A DNA stretch of 64,000 bases from Takakia lepidozioides (lineage: Eukaryota > Plantae > Bryophyta), in NCBI GenBank assembly GCA_030704615.1, contig CM060734.1, forward strand, positions 32,426,001 to 32,490,000, read 5' to 3'. Numbering within the stretch: the stretch's first letter is position 1; each line of letters opens with the position of its first letter. The position numbers and the translations under genes were made by a program. The notes under the pieces are model-generated. The model was not told where the DNA came from. It made no database searches and saw only the letters and a list, made by a program, of their open reading frames with translations. Shown here one piece after another: positions 63,431 to 64,000 of the stretch.

Positions 63431-64000
63431 CTGTACATCTCAAACATGAACCACATATGGTAAGCAGCTGTCAAATGACGACAATAGAGCTTATGTGGTC
63501 CCACGCAGACTCAATCCAATGGCCATGCATGATATTCTATTACGTTTATTGATGATTTCAGCAGGTAGTGCAACTTCATGAAACTATCCCAAAGGAACAT
63601 GCCAAAGTCCTGCTGCTACAGGTTACTGGTAATTTCCTTCCTTAGCATTTCTTTGACTGATGAGATAAAATTCACACCCTGGAGATGACAAGAGCTGGTT
63701 TATAGTATAACTGAAATCTAACAGCTGATAAAGTCAATCAAGATTAATCAAGATGATCAGTGTACATTGGGGTCTATTCACAGGCTCAATTACAGCAGGG
63801 CTCCTAAGCATTAAGAAACTGTTCTCAGCTAGAATACTGACTTGCAGCACTGATCAGCAACTTACCATCTTGTCTGGAGGTTGCCCCATACCTCCAAAAT
63901 TGAAGCAATTGTGCATAAACGGTTACACCTTGTAACACATTCTAAGGGGAAATGTGAATATTAGCAGTCAAAACTGCCCTAGGATGTGATCAATACCTGG

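Overview
Intron-containing land-plant genomic DNA; the gene style suggests a bryophyte, but the species cannot be fixed from the sequence. Host genes: signal peptide peptidase-like 1 (17.8-21.5 kb), an inverted convergent pair of germin-like proteins (39.3-43.2 kb), an alpha/beta hydrolase (48.5-52.4 kb), a tetraspanin (53.5-54.6 kb), a BBR/BPC GAGA-binding factor (56.3-57.2 kb) and the last exons of a gene entering from the right. Ordinary TE debris lies between them (LINE pieces, a pogo/Tigger transposase, a Tourist-type MITE). The unusual part is 1-14.6 kb, a decayed multi-gene mobile-DNA complex. It holds a RING-H2 gene, two dense arrays of the palindrome AGCGACCGCC-N5/6-GGCGGTCGCT, a BED-hAT transposase pseudogene, and a spliced pseudogene that the ORF track breaks into pieces. 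I reconstruct that pseudogene as a ParB/Srx-like N-terminus (WD[G>D]NHR) fused to a complete prokaryote-type beta-class amino-DNA methyltransferase fold (N4-cytosine/N6-adenine). A diverged remnant of the same gene family sits at 44.3-44.5 kb. All protein assignments come from reading motifs by eye; no database search was run.
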